A stretch of 58,783 nucleotides of DNA, filler included, from Sphacelaria rigidula (Eukaryota), in assembly GCA_964200075.2 (NCBI GenBank). It is 4 parts of 4 records of this genome, joined end to end, with 100 filler letters (N's around TTAATTAATTAA, not from the genome) between each part and the next. Parts side by side here need not be neighbours in the genome. Positions count along the whole stretch, not along the records: positions 14,725 to 29,346 come from CAXNAA020002141.1; positions 29,447 to 44,066 come from CAXNAA020002142.1; 2 more parts are not named here. The stretch is one strand, 5' to 3'. Each line of letters begins with the position of its first letter. Within the stretch, counting starts at the first letter, position 1. Position numbers and translations under genes: made by a program. The notes beneath the pieces were generated by a model. That model was given only the letters and a program-made list of their open reading frames with translations, had not been told where the DNA came from and made no database searches. Positions 24,366 through 35,900 of this stretch are shown here, one piece after another.

Positions 24366-24770
24366 AAATAATGGTATTAATAGCAATAGTAATAATGAAT
24401 AATTGTTATGATTCCTCGTGAGGAGTGGCGGTGATGGGAAGCATTCCAATAGTCCGACGGCATGATGCCACGATGCACGCGAAGTGCACAGTGTCACGCG
24501 GTCAGCACTACACAGACTAGGCCAGAACAGCAGGAAATTTGCCTCCTGGTTGTGTGTGATACACGGCCGCTATGCGAGCGTCATCCGTATCGGAGGCGTC
24601 ACGGTAGAGGGTAACAACTTCAGACACGCCCGTAGAAGCAATGGTAATGCCCGGACAAAATGCTACCCTTCGGCACCTATATAGTGCAGTACCGCAAATG
24701 TATCGATAAATATGGAATATCCCGAACCGCCGTTCACCCACCAGAATGTGTGTGTGTTTACCCTCGGCAG

Positions 24771-24923
24771 TTTTACCACTCCAGAACCACAATGTCGACA
24801 CATTCAGACGGAGGAATCACGTATCAGACGGGCGGGCGAAGCCGCGGGTTATGGCCCGGCCGGACATGAATCAGGGTGGGGTGAGAATCGCCAACATCAC
24901 GACCAAAGCGGCGATCGCACAGG
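24771..24923 (+). CDS. PH-ankyrin-WW protein, probable exon 5
   Basis: ctcggcag acceptor and GG|gtaaga donor; open frame; phase 2 at both ends, linking exons 4 and 6. Confidence 0.6.
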
Positions 24924-25067
24924 GTAAGAGAAGGTTGGACATATATAGCTATTTCGTAATAGCAGTCTTTGACGGCAGCGCGGGATGGCAGTTGTGGCGG
25001 TTCCCGAAACAGAATACCGCCGTCTGCTGTGCACAGGTACTAACAGAGCGCTTACTGATCCGTCAAC

Positions 25068-25502
25068 AGCCGATTATCGAAATTGAGGATGGAGCTTTTC
25101 ATTGAGGATGATAACCCGGAGAATTAAAATCTTCGCATCCACACCAATTTTTCGAGATATGATTCTATTCCTTCATCTGCTGGTAGCTATTGACAACTAC
25201 CACACGCCATAAAATTTGGATTCCGATGAACGAAATTTGGGGGTCCTAGGTGAAAAAACAATTCTTGGGGTTTCAGGTGATCCGGCCGGGTCACTTACAT
25301 TCCCAACATTTGTTTTCATCTAGGACCCCCAAATTTCGGCCATCGGAATCAAAATTTTTGAGGCGTGTCGCAGTTTTCAATAGCTACCAGTAGATGAAAG
25401 AATAGAACAATATCTCGAAGAATTGGTGTGGATGCGAAGATCTTTACTTTCCGGGTGATCATCCTCGATGAAAAGCTCCATCCTCACTTTCGATAATCGG
25501 CT
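25068..25502. mobile_element. Foldback MITE, full copy, intronic
   Basis: Starts agccgattatcgaaattgaggatggagcttttca and ends tgaaaagctccatcctcactttcgataatcggct; ~195-bp inverted arms. Confidence 0.9.
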
Positions 25503-25783
25503 TTTTTTTCTGAAGAACATTGTGCGTTTTCGTAATCAATGCAGCCATTGTGGGGTAGAGCTGCAGCACGGTGCTCCTGGCATGAAACAAGAGCCTAAAC
25601 ACCCTCCGAACGACACCAAGATTCTCATATTCAAGAGTAAATTGATTGAATTGATTTTCCCGAAATTCAGAGATTCGTATGCGCGCGCGTGTGACTCGAA
25701 CCAACAACAACAACAATGCACCCGGCCAATCCCCTCCGCCAAGTCATACCTAGGGGCCGCCTGTGTTTTCAATTCCTGACCAG

Positions 25784-27491
25784 GCGAACATGGGTAGGCG
25801 CATCGCCATCAACCGCGAACGCGTCCCATAGTGGCGCTGACACTTCCCACGGGAGCTTATTCGATGGCCTGTCGGTATATGTAGTGGGAGGAAGGCAGCC
25901 GTTGGGACCCCAGCAGGGGGTTGAGTCGGGAACTACGTCGACAGTAGCAGCAACAGCAGCAGCCGGTAATGCGTGTCGATCATCTCACCAGTATCACCAC
26001 ACTGCCCAGCAAGCACAGCCACAGCATCATTCATCGTCAGTATCATCATTGACATCAAGGTACTGCTCTCAATACTTCTCATCATCGGCATCTCAGAATC
26101 ATGACACCGCGTTTTTCCTGAGTGCACCGTCCATGGTAGCGCCCTCTCCACCAGACAACGGCAAAAGCGCAACCAGCGCCAGCATCCCTCTCGGCGCGAC
26201 GACGGCGACGATGTCATCATCATCAGCTCACCACTCAGCACCATCGAATTTCTCTACAGCCCAATACCCGTCTACCACTGCTAGCACCTATTCGACTGCG
26301 GTACCCGGGAGTGCTCGTGCTTTGGCAAGAATGATCCACTTTAGCAACGGCGGGGCTGGAAGCTCCGCGGTGGCGCGGTGTGGTAGTTCTGTACGTCAGA
26401 CCCTGGTAGCAGCGACGGAGAGTGGGGTGCCGTCCGAGATGGTAGTTGGAGACAGATGGGGAGGAGAGCAGGGGATGGGTGGATGGACGAAAGCTGATAA
26501 TCAGGAGGGTGCATCTGGGATGGACTGCAAGGGCCGGACGAGTAATCATGGAGTAGCGGACGTCGACAGAGATCACGGTCCGTCAACGAGTGGAGAAGTC
26601 CACGAGGTCTCGTTGAATACGAAACACGGGGGAGATAGAACCAACGGGGGACGACAGACCATTAGCGGCCCTGTCACGGAGAGTGGAGTACGTGGGGTAG
26701 ATCAGAGATGGTTTGTTCTGCGGGATGGGGCAGCGTCACTGGCTGGGCTCTGGTACGTGGAGTATGCGCAAGGATACCCATACTACGTACATGAAGCCTC
26801 GGGCCATTCTCAGTGGGAAGACCCCCGACCAACCAAAGAACGCGTGGACAGCCCGACTGCAGGTGGAGTCACCGATTTTCTCGCCGAAAGCACACCGGCG
26901 AATGCTGGACATACCACGACAGGGTCGACAAGGGCCGCACACCAAATACGAAGTATAGATCCAGTGGCCTCTTCCACCGGTATTAATAGTTTGAACGGCT
27001 CTGGGTGTACCCCGGAAGAAGGGAATCCTGACGATGATGGGGCGAGAGACTGTGAACAAAAATTACCAGCCTCACCGATGAAGCCGGTGGGCGTCACCAT
27101 CGCTGTGGACGTTCCGCGTTTCGTCGACATTTCTTTCGATCGAGAAACACGAGAAGTCATCCAGGAACCAGGCGATCCGTATAAAGAGACTAAAGAGGGC
27201 GGAAGGATGTCCCTCGACGAGGAAGTCAAACAAACGCACCGAAACCTGCCTCCTTCTTTTCGAAATAAATCACCAGACAACCGTAGCAGGACGGGAGGAG
27301 GCTGTGAGAAAAGAGAGTCCGATGATCACGACAGCGCGAGCAATACAGACAGCAGCAGCGGCGGCAGCAGCAGTACCAGCATCGGCACCGATAGTGACAC
27401 CGGAAGTGAAGCGAGTAGTCCGGACAGTGAAGGTAAGACTATCTCACGCAATGATGGGAGCGATGGTCGTGATATTCCAAGAAGCCCGAGA
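25784..27491 (+). CDS. PH-ankyrin-WW protein, large exon 6 (Ser-rich region, WW domain at ~26739-26828)
   Basis: ttcctgaccag acceptor, phase 2; within a 594-codon ORF; LWYVEYAQGYPYYVHEASGHSQWEDP is a WW domain; ends at the gtaagg donor (27492) or at TAG 27498-27500. Confidence 0.82.
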
Positions 27492-27521
27492 GTAAGGTAG
27501 TGGGGAAGTGAAGAACATTAG

Positions 27522-27803
27522 CATGGCGCCGGAAACGAGAACAGCGCGTTCAACCGTTGTCGTTTCGCAATCGGGAAACCCCGACTCACAGGTAGCTGTC
27601 ACGGACGAAGCGAAGGAGAGCACCAGGAGTTCATAGACGGAACTGCTAGATCAGCCTCGGCGGAACAAGCACATGCAGTAATCGATTCCGACAGTGCACA
27701 GGGTTGGAAGCGCGGAAAAAATTGCGGGCAATACCGGAAAAACGAATTTTGCAGTAGTGTGGATAGTCGTGAGCGTGGGGGTGGTGCGTTTACTTCGAGA
27801 AAG
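27522..27803 (+). CDS. Possible further exon of the PH-ankyrin-WW gene
   Basis: Same frame reopens after cattag for 94 codons up to AAG|gtgatg; a phase-0 acceptor with a ctgac branch-like site and pyrimidine tract follows at 28730. Confidence 0.4.
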
Positions 27804-27916
27804 GTGATGAATCACGATCGGCGGTAGCGAACAGGTCAGCTTCGTTCGGGGCAGTGTATCGTGGTTGAGTGTTTACCTCTGCGGGTGGGATTGGTGGTCA
27901 CTGGGGTACACAGGAA

Positions 27917-27992
27917 TTGATTTGATCGATCGATTGTCTCACTTCAACTGATCACCCACGGGTCCAGCCGTGGTCGCATGATAGACGCAACA
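27917..27992 (-). mobile_element. LINE-like 3' tail copy
   Basis: Minus strand: gcgtctatcatgcgaccacggctggacccgtgggtgatcagttgaagtgagacaatcgatcgatcaaatcaa. Confidence 0.7.
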
Positions 27993-28040
27993 GCAGGTGT
28001 AAATACTTTGAATATGCGTAAGAAATCTGTATTCTTCAAG

Positions 28041-28400
28041 TCGGTCGCCCCGGTGGCTCAGTTGGTAACCTGGAAACCTTCTGACGGTTGGCTCGTGGGT
28101 TCGAATCTCGGAGCGATCTGGGATTTTTCCTCACACAACGCACAACAGTGGAGAGCGACTATGGCAACGGTACGCAAAATCTGAATTAATGGTCGACGAG
28201 GGCAAGAAACTGCTGAACCCCTCTGGCGATAAAAAATAAAGGCAAGCAGACGGAAGGTGGAGAACGAAAACAAACAAAAAAGGGAAAACTCCTGTGTTAA
28301 TCTTCCTCCTGTATGACCCCGACTGATGTGCCCACATATACCAAAAGGTGTAGATCGGCGTCTAGAATAGATGGGACGACAACACACACATACACGCACA
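28041..28400 (+). mobile_element. tRNA-derived SINE of a different family, ending in a (CA)n tail
   Basis: gccccggtggctcagttggt (A box), gggttcgaatctc (B box), ~280-bp body, ends gggacgacaacacacacatacac. Confidence 0.75.
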
Positions 28401-29346
28401 ACATATCCTCGGAATAATATACACTATTTCACGTCGTGATTCACTAGCTACGAATAGGTTGATTTGCAACAGAACACACTGGCATCGCTTAATTAAGATA
28501 CTAGCACACTTCATGACTACTCCTCCCCCCCACACACCCTGCGCTGCATCGACTCAGCCCGTCGGTACGCCGTCTGATCTTCTGCGAATCATCAACGTTT
28601 GACGATTGCTGCGATCATGCCATCAACCAAACATCTTCAACGACAACTTACCCGCACCTCGTTCTTTCCCCATGCCTCCGCCCACACGCCACTGACTTTC
28701 TCCTCTCCGCGTCAATGTATCCGTTGTCAGCATTTCACGGACGCACGACCAGAGAAATTGCCGCACATAGCATTTGCGCCGGTGCTACGAAATCTCAAAT
28801 ACGAAAATCGTGAGAGGAGAGTTATTGAATTCGCCCTCACGAGGAATAGGGAACGACTGTTTAGCTTGCGTATGATATTTTCGGGGGCATGACTTGAGGA
28901 CGGCCGGGGGTAGGCACATGGGACTGATGGAAGATGGAGAACACACACTGGACACTGGAGAATCCTCCTTGTATTCACGCTGAAGCTGTCGTAAACACCT
29001 AAAACTTCGCCGCGCCTGAAGCAGCAGTATGGTCTGGGCCCTTGTGTAATGTGACACACCCGACCAATGTTTTAGCGTTTATATCTATGGAAGAGCAATG
29101 GATTTTGTCTCTGCCCCCGAAAGGCAAAAGTCGAACACAACCACCAGCTGGGAATTCCCATGCCTGGGTTCATTTTTCCCAATGTCGCCCATATGAGGCG
29201 CTTCATGCAGCCTGAAACCGAATATCAGGCGTTGTATGACCATTTTCTTCGTGGAAGGTTTGGGCTTGTTTGGGGGAGGGGAGGGGAGGTGTACTCATGA
29301 TTATGTACGCCATAGTCATCAGACCCTTGACCTCGCATCCCTACAA

Positions 29347-29446
29347 NNNNNNNNNNNNNNNNNNNNNNNNNNNNNNNNNNNNNNNNNNNNTTAATTAATT
29401 AANNNNNNNNNNNNNNNNNNNNNNNNNNNNNNNNNNNNNNNNNNNN
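29347..29446. other. Artificial contig-joining linker
   Basis: Same N44-TTAATTAATTAA-N44 structure. Confidence 0.97.
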
Positions 29447-30980
29447 TTTTTGTATGCCACGGCTGCAGTGGGGTCTTTGGCTCCGTCTCCAATTGCCGAC
29501 CCAACGAACAAAACGATACCCCCCCCCCCCCCCCCCCCCCCCCTCGACTTCAGCAAAAGCTCATAATGAGCGAGCCGAATAAACCGATAGGAGGAGGGAA
29601 GGAGACGGGGAAAGGGGAGGGTGGGGGGTGCTCATCATCATGCGTGCCGAAGTCGTGAGAACATCAACCTCGCATCCCTACGAAGCCGAGGCGGAGCACG
29701 TCAAACAACGTCTTCGTGAGAGTAGAGCGGGGATTGAGAGTGGCTAAGATCACTCGCTTGAACTTAGCCAATGTTCCATTCCGTGTGTGCTTCTTTTTCC
29801 CCGTCATCACTTGCGTAAGCTCATAGCTACACGATCTCCTACTCGTGGATAATAGGGGCCTCCGTTGCAAGCGACTACACAAAGCATATCAGGCTTCGTG
29901 TAGGTGCACTTCGGAACTGAAATGGTTCATTCAATAATTGACCGCCTTTCACTTTCCAGCGTATCCCCTACTCTCAATTTCACGAAAACACTTTCATCAG
30001 CTCTTCACCGGAGCAGGCACGCAGTTACCAAGCGCGAGGCGTCTCGGATATGTGCGGGAAGTTGCATCAAGGGCAAGCTGCATCCTGGTAAGATTACTCG
30101 GCCCGGAGCGTACTCGCTGTCTTGCATATGGATGGCAGCTTCGAATGAGGTGCAGAAAAAATGTACCATCATGTGGTGTGTAGCGAGTAATTTGATGGCT
30201 CCTCTCACGCGTGACAGCGTTATCGGAAGTCGATTCATGAGAGGTCGAGTAGCGTCGTGTGACACAGTTTTTTCATGTAATTTTGCAACGAGATTCGGTG
30301 ACCAGTTGTTTCAGCTTCTGCATTACAGGCGCGCGGTTCAGGGGGGGGGGTAAATACACATGTTCATCACAGCTTCGTCGTGGTGGTCAGAGTGGTCGAT
30401 TTTCCGGCAAAGACACCCCGTTGAGTGTCCCTTGAATCACTCACGCTCCAGGACGGCGCACACGGAAAAGGCATGAGAAATAAGAAATCGATGAAAATTT
30501 CCGCTCGACAAGACATGATTGCAGTCAACGCACGCACGAATGAAAAAACAACTGCACCTCATCAAATTCAACACGAAACAGTAGCAAGCACGCAATTATT
30601 AGGCCAAGATGCACCGGCATCCCGAGCCAAAACTTCGTGTTTCATGGGAGCGAAACAGATGAATGTACTGTACCCCTCCATCCCACTCATAGAATGTGCA
30701 AAAAGGGGGACGAGAAGATCAGACGCAACCTGTGCCCCTGTTGTATCTACGGCCGCGCGACGGTAGTTGAACCGTCATGATAGTCAAAGGGTACTCACTC
30801 CAAACGAAACAATGAATCGATCGATCAAATGATTTCTCATTACATTGTCACACAATATCTGCCGATTTCCTCCCATCACGTAGCGGTGGTTACATGATCG
30901 GCGACTGCTACCCTTGTACATCGCCAAAAATACATCAATATTTTCACGCACAGAACACGAACACACCGTAATACCCTCAC

Positions 30981-32960
30981 CTTTTCTGCATCCGTCGGCG
31001 CATTGGGCAACACCGTCTGATTCTCGGCCGCCATCGCCCTCGTCTGGGCGGGGCCTACGACCCTAGTATCCACCCTTGCTGCCGTCGCCGCCTCGACACT
31101 ACCCCTGCCTGCCGCCGCAGCCGCCGCCGTTGCCACACCCCCTTCCTCCACATCACCCTCAACCTCAGCCCTGGCCTGCGCCGCAACCTCCTCGGAGGAA
31201 TCCGACGTCTCAGAGTCTGTATCCGAGCAACTACTGCCCGAGGGCGAAATCATAGGCGTCTTCCCGAGCACCCCGTGACCTTGCCCGTCGGGTTTCACGA
31301 GCGGCGGAATTACGCCCACGCCGCCGTCTCCGCTGACTGGAGCATCCATGATGACCTTGCCGCTAGACGACAGGATACCGGCCAGACCTCCTTCATCGAC
31401 AATGTTTGCGGGCTTCACCGGCGTGGGCGGGATACTTCCGCTTCGGAACGAATTGGGTATGGCGCTGGAATCAGGCGCCGGCGGGGTGGGTCCTACATGT
31501 TCTGGCGCATTTGGGCCTGGGCCCGGCATCACACGCGAAGCCGACTTGACGAGGCCCAGGACACGTAACGCCTGACGAAGAACGGAAGGCGTCTCCGTCT
31601 CCGGATCCATCCGCGAAGCCGAGTCCATGTTCCTCAGCTCCGAAGATAGCGAGATGGTCGTGGCGTTCCGGCGGTGCGCCGCGGCGGCGGCCGCCGCCCA
31701 AAGGGACGAGTTGTTGGCGTCTGTCGCCGAGATCGGGTTGCTTCCGAACATCCTGGAGTTGGCATCGCCCACGACGATTTCAGGGTTTCCGATACCTGCT
31801 CCCACTCCCGACAATCGGTCGGACGGAGCGGGACTACCGAAGACGGACGTCTTGTTGCCATCAGGTCCGTTGAAGAAGAAGGGATCATTCACCGGACATG
31901 AAGACGGATCTCCCTTCGACTTCGCTGACTTCGGATCCGCGAGGGGCGGGGCTTGCTGTGAGGGCGCGGGCGGAGCTTGAATGCTCGGGCTCGCAAATCC
32001 GTTCGGCCCCATCACCATCATGGGCGCCGGCACGGCCGCCTCCGATGCGACAGAGATACTTCGATCGTCGCCGCTGGTGTCAACGACAGCCGGGGCGGCG
32101 TCTCGTTTGTTTCCACCATCAGTCGTACTCTCGCTGCTCGCTCTAGACATGTCTCGCTCGTCATCGGCGTCGTCATCGGATGACGACGGCGACGGACACG
32201 AAGACGACGACGATCCGTCCTCGGAAACGGCCTGGCAGTCACTTGCGATGGAGTCGGAGTCGTTCTCGTGATCGACGGGCACGATGCTGGGCCGCCGGGT
32301 ATGGGATCTCTTCCTGGCATGCTTCCCTCCCGCGCCACTGCTGGGAGTCAAGCTGAACATGCCCGTATCGCGTAGCGCATCCAGCGAGATGGGTTGGCTC
32401 AGGTCGACTACACTGCTGCGCACGGAGTGTATCGGGCTCAAGGCAGCCCCTACACCTGCGCTGTTGTACGACGCGGTATTGAATGTGGTCGGCGGTACAC
32501 TCAAGCGCATGTTGCCGCCTGAGGCGTCGTTGGTTGCCTCATCGCCCTCAGGAAGGTCAGAAAAGCACGGGATTTGTCCGCGCCTGCTCGCAGGCCTGGA
32601 CTGTCGAAGGGTCGAGTCCTCGTTGTCTGTGTCGTACTTCGATGACAATCTGCGCAGTGCGTTCGGGTTCCAGCCATCGACCACCGAGTCGGCTGCTGAT
32701 GGGTTGCGTGTTATCGTTGGTACCCCGTCGCCTCTGCTCGCGTAGTTGTTGCCGGCACCTTCCAAAGGTACGCTATTCACCACGATCTCAGTTTTGCCGA
32801 AGGTGTCTGTCCGCTGTGTGTCCATGTTCTTGTCTTGTTTCTGTGCCGCGCTCGACGGTGACGACGGCCATTGGAACACCTTGACTGGTACTGTCCCTTT
32901 GGGTGTCTCTGCGTCTTCCGTCAGAGATGAGGACGATCTTCGCATAGAGTTGTCAAACAC
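30981..32960 (-). CDS. ~2-kb low-complexity (Ser/Pro/Ala/Asp) coding exon of an unidentified protein
   Basis: Inside a 758-codon GC-rich ORF; donor AAG|gtgagg at 30980; 5' boundary uncertain (cag at 32961-32963, or an ATG nearby); no domain recognised. Confidence 0.75.
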
Positions 32961-35900
32961 CTGCCGATGATGATCATGATGGCAATACGGGCGTTTGCGT
33001 TGTTTTCGTTTCGCATGCGCGCGGGTGTCCCTAGTGAGGGCTATTCGTTGCAGCCGGCCGCCGTGAGAAGACACGACATGACAATCAAGCTCGGAACGTG
33101 GCATGGCCGAGGCGACTGGAAGTATTGGGAGGGATCTACACGCGACGTACACTACCAGAGTCGTTCAAGTTCGGCTGTTGGGGTACAGCTGTGGAGGCAC
33201 AACAGGCACCGCCTGCGGAAGTGCGTGTGACAGGGTGGTTTTCGAAAGTCAACAGCAAGAATCGAACAGGGTTGCGGGGCAGGGGCAACGCGGAATAAAT
33301 TGGCGAAAGGGGAAGACAGTACGGGAAGGGCTGGTGTACATAGCTCACGGAACATGCCCTGGAAATAATGCATTGTGATGGTTGAGCTTCATGTGGGAAC
33401 AAGGAGTTGAAAGACGGACCCTCCCGGGCTGTGCTGCTGGCGAAGACGCAAACGACAGCTCTAATTCCGTGTGTCCTCCGCGTGACCACAACCTCAACTT
33501 GAGCGAAATCACGGAAGCCTCGCCATGGCGAGACACATGGAAGACAATCTAGTCCAGTACAACAGCACCCATCACTTCCATCACGTGCACCTGCTTGCTT
33601 CCCCTCTCAAGGTACAAACTACACACTCGTACTCGGATAACATCAAAATGGGAAAAGTGAAGGAGGGTTTCACTCGAAATTTCAAATTTTCGAAATTTGA
33701 ACGTTCAAAAGAGGAACCGAGGTCCCACCTCGAAAGTATCTTGAGGAGGAATCTCTTGAACTTATGGACATCTCCTCTTCCGNNNNNNNNNNCGATCTAT
33801 GATCAAGGGTGCCGTGCTTAGACCGACAACAACGTAAAACGGCAACTGTTCCTGTGAGGCCCGAAACAGAACGTCTGAATTCTCATTCCATCACTCTGTG
33901 TTGTTGTAGTGGTCGTTTTTCAGTAGTTCCGAGTGGAAATAATCTACTTTTTTGTAGTACAGACGGTAACCAAGTAAACCGAAGATCGTGTTGGACAAGC
34001 GCGAAAAATGTTGCGAACCCTCGTGACGAAAAAATGTGGTGCCGCCCGCTCCCAGACGTGAGTAACCCCGTCGTTCTTCCAAACAATTAATTTCACTCTA
34101 GGTGATGACGGCGGCTGGTGACCCAGCTTTGACCAAACCTCTTGACTCTTACATCTGGGGTACATCTTCCATTGAATCGGCACCACTATTTTGATTTCCT
34201 CGGTCATATATTTCCTTCATGGAGCGGTGGACAACGATAGCATCACCCACCATAAATTGACGTTCTAGCGTTTCATTCGTCACTCGCAGCTACTCTACTA
34301 GTCACGCAGAGGGTGGTGAAAGATGCACCCATTAGAATCGCACTCAGCCCTTTCGGCTCGAGCCAACAAAATGGTGGACAAGTAGGGGTTATAGGCGGAC
34401 TTAAAATCATGGATCATACTACAGACGACAACAAGTCCGCTTTGTCAACGGCAGGCCTAGTAGGCCTTGGCCCAAAGCTTGCTCCATGACCCTAGTAGCC
34501 CTGTCTATTGTGCGTCAACGGCGTCAATGAGACCGCCTGACTCACTGGTGGGGACACGTTTGTCGACATCTTCCCCTTGATGCGAATTTTGACGACGTAA
34601 AATACCACGATTATGGGGAAAAATCGAAGTGTCTTCTGAGTTTTCCTCAGTGACGTTGTACCATATCCTAGGGCGTTATTCAAGTACCCCCCGTAGATTG
34701 ATGTACCTACCGTGTCCTGTGTATGGCTGCAAGGCTTGGGTAAGGTGCTTGTACCTCCAGCGATACTGGAGGCGTATTTGAACGGGTGTCGCTTCGTTAA
34801 CCAAACGGATGAGCCACAAGGCAACAAACTGAAGAGCTTGATCGGCAATGTACGAATCTCGAACTGATACTGAGCTTTTTCCACACGTTCGCCTGCGATA
34901 ATCTCCGGGGAATCAGGCTCGCCCCTCAAACATCACGAGGGCTGCATATGCCGGTGACGATACTCAATCGTTTCGACTCCCCAGACCCCACTACTTACTG
35001 CCGGTGATTCGAGCTCCGTACCATCTCGAGCCTGGACGAAGACAAGCGTATGTATATTTAGCGGCGGTATGACCTTGCTAACGTGCGAGTGGTTTAGCGG
35101 AGTGTACAGATGTCAAGATGCTCTACACGATTCACGTGGACTGAACCTGTTCACTCCCAGTATTGTTTCACTGATCAAGATATGGCATACTCTGTACAGG
35201 TCCACCCACGGTGGCGTTATTTCCGCCAGCAGGCGTATTCAAAACAAGTAAAGGAGGCCACAGACCCTCTTGGCCGACGTCCACTCTTGCTGCTGAAAAA
35301 TAGGGGAAACATTACCTGAAAGGATAGAAGTAATTTCATCCCGACGTACGTTGTGTGTGTAGGATATCCTGGAAGCGATTTGGATTACGATCCCATGTTC
35401 CCTCGTGAAGGAGTGCACGATTTCTCGTCTGTACTATTAAACTACTTGCAGTACAGTCTGTGCTTCAGAGAGTTCCAAGTCGCGACGCCCCGGGCAATCT
35501 ATGATTTTCTTTGCGCCGAAGATGCTCTCGAAGAAATGGCGGTTTGGCACAGTAATGACGGGACCAGATGAATAATACCACACAAATACTGTCGATTTAC
35601 GAATGCTGAATAATCGCGGGTAGAAATTCGGGTAATCGTACAGCATCTAAAATACACGGTGGAATGCTCATCACTGTGATCGGAACAGCAGCAGAATCGC
35701 ATCGCGCGGGCGATCGCTTCCCCCCGCCGAAAAGCAAGGGTCATAGGATACACTTCGAACCGGTGTGTAGCCAAAAAGTACCATGTAAGCTGTTGTGTCG
35801 TACGTTCAACACGAGGTTCAACACCCGAAGACTCCAGCGTTACACAGGACGGGTGGAACCATACGATTCGACGCATCAACCAATCGATCGTCGCATCATT

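Noticed and set aside
24134-24402. Poly-Tyr, poly-Thr and poly-Leu ORFs
   Set aside because: They are translations of an intronic (TAC)n microsatellite.
18053-27827. TAG reassignment or readthrough (in-frame TAGs at 18053, 27498, 27519, 27825)
   Set aside because: No in-frame TAG occurs in any conserved exon (Rab5, eIF3f, PH, ankyrin, WW) or in the long ORFs; splicing or UTR explanations suffice.
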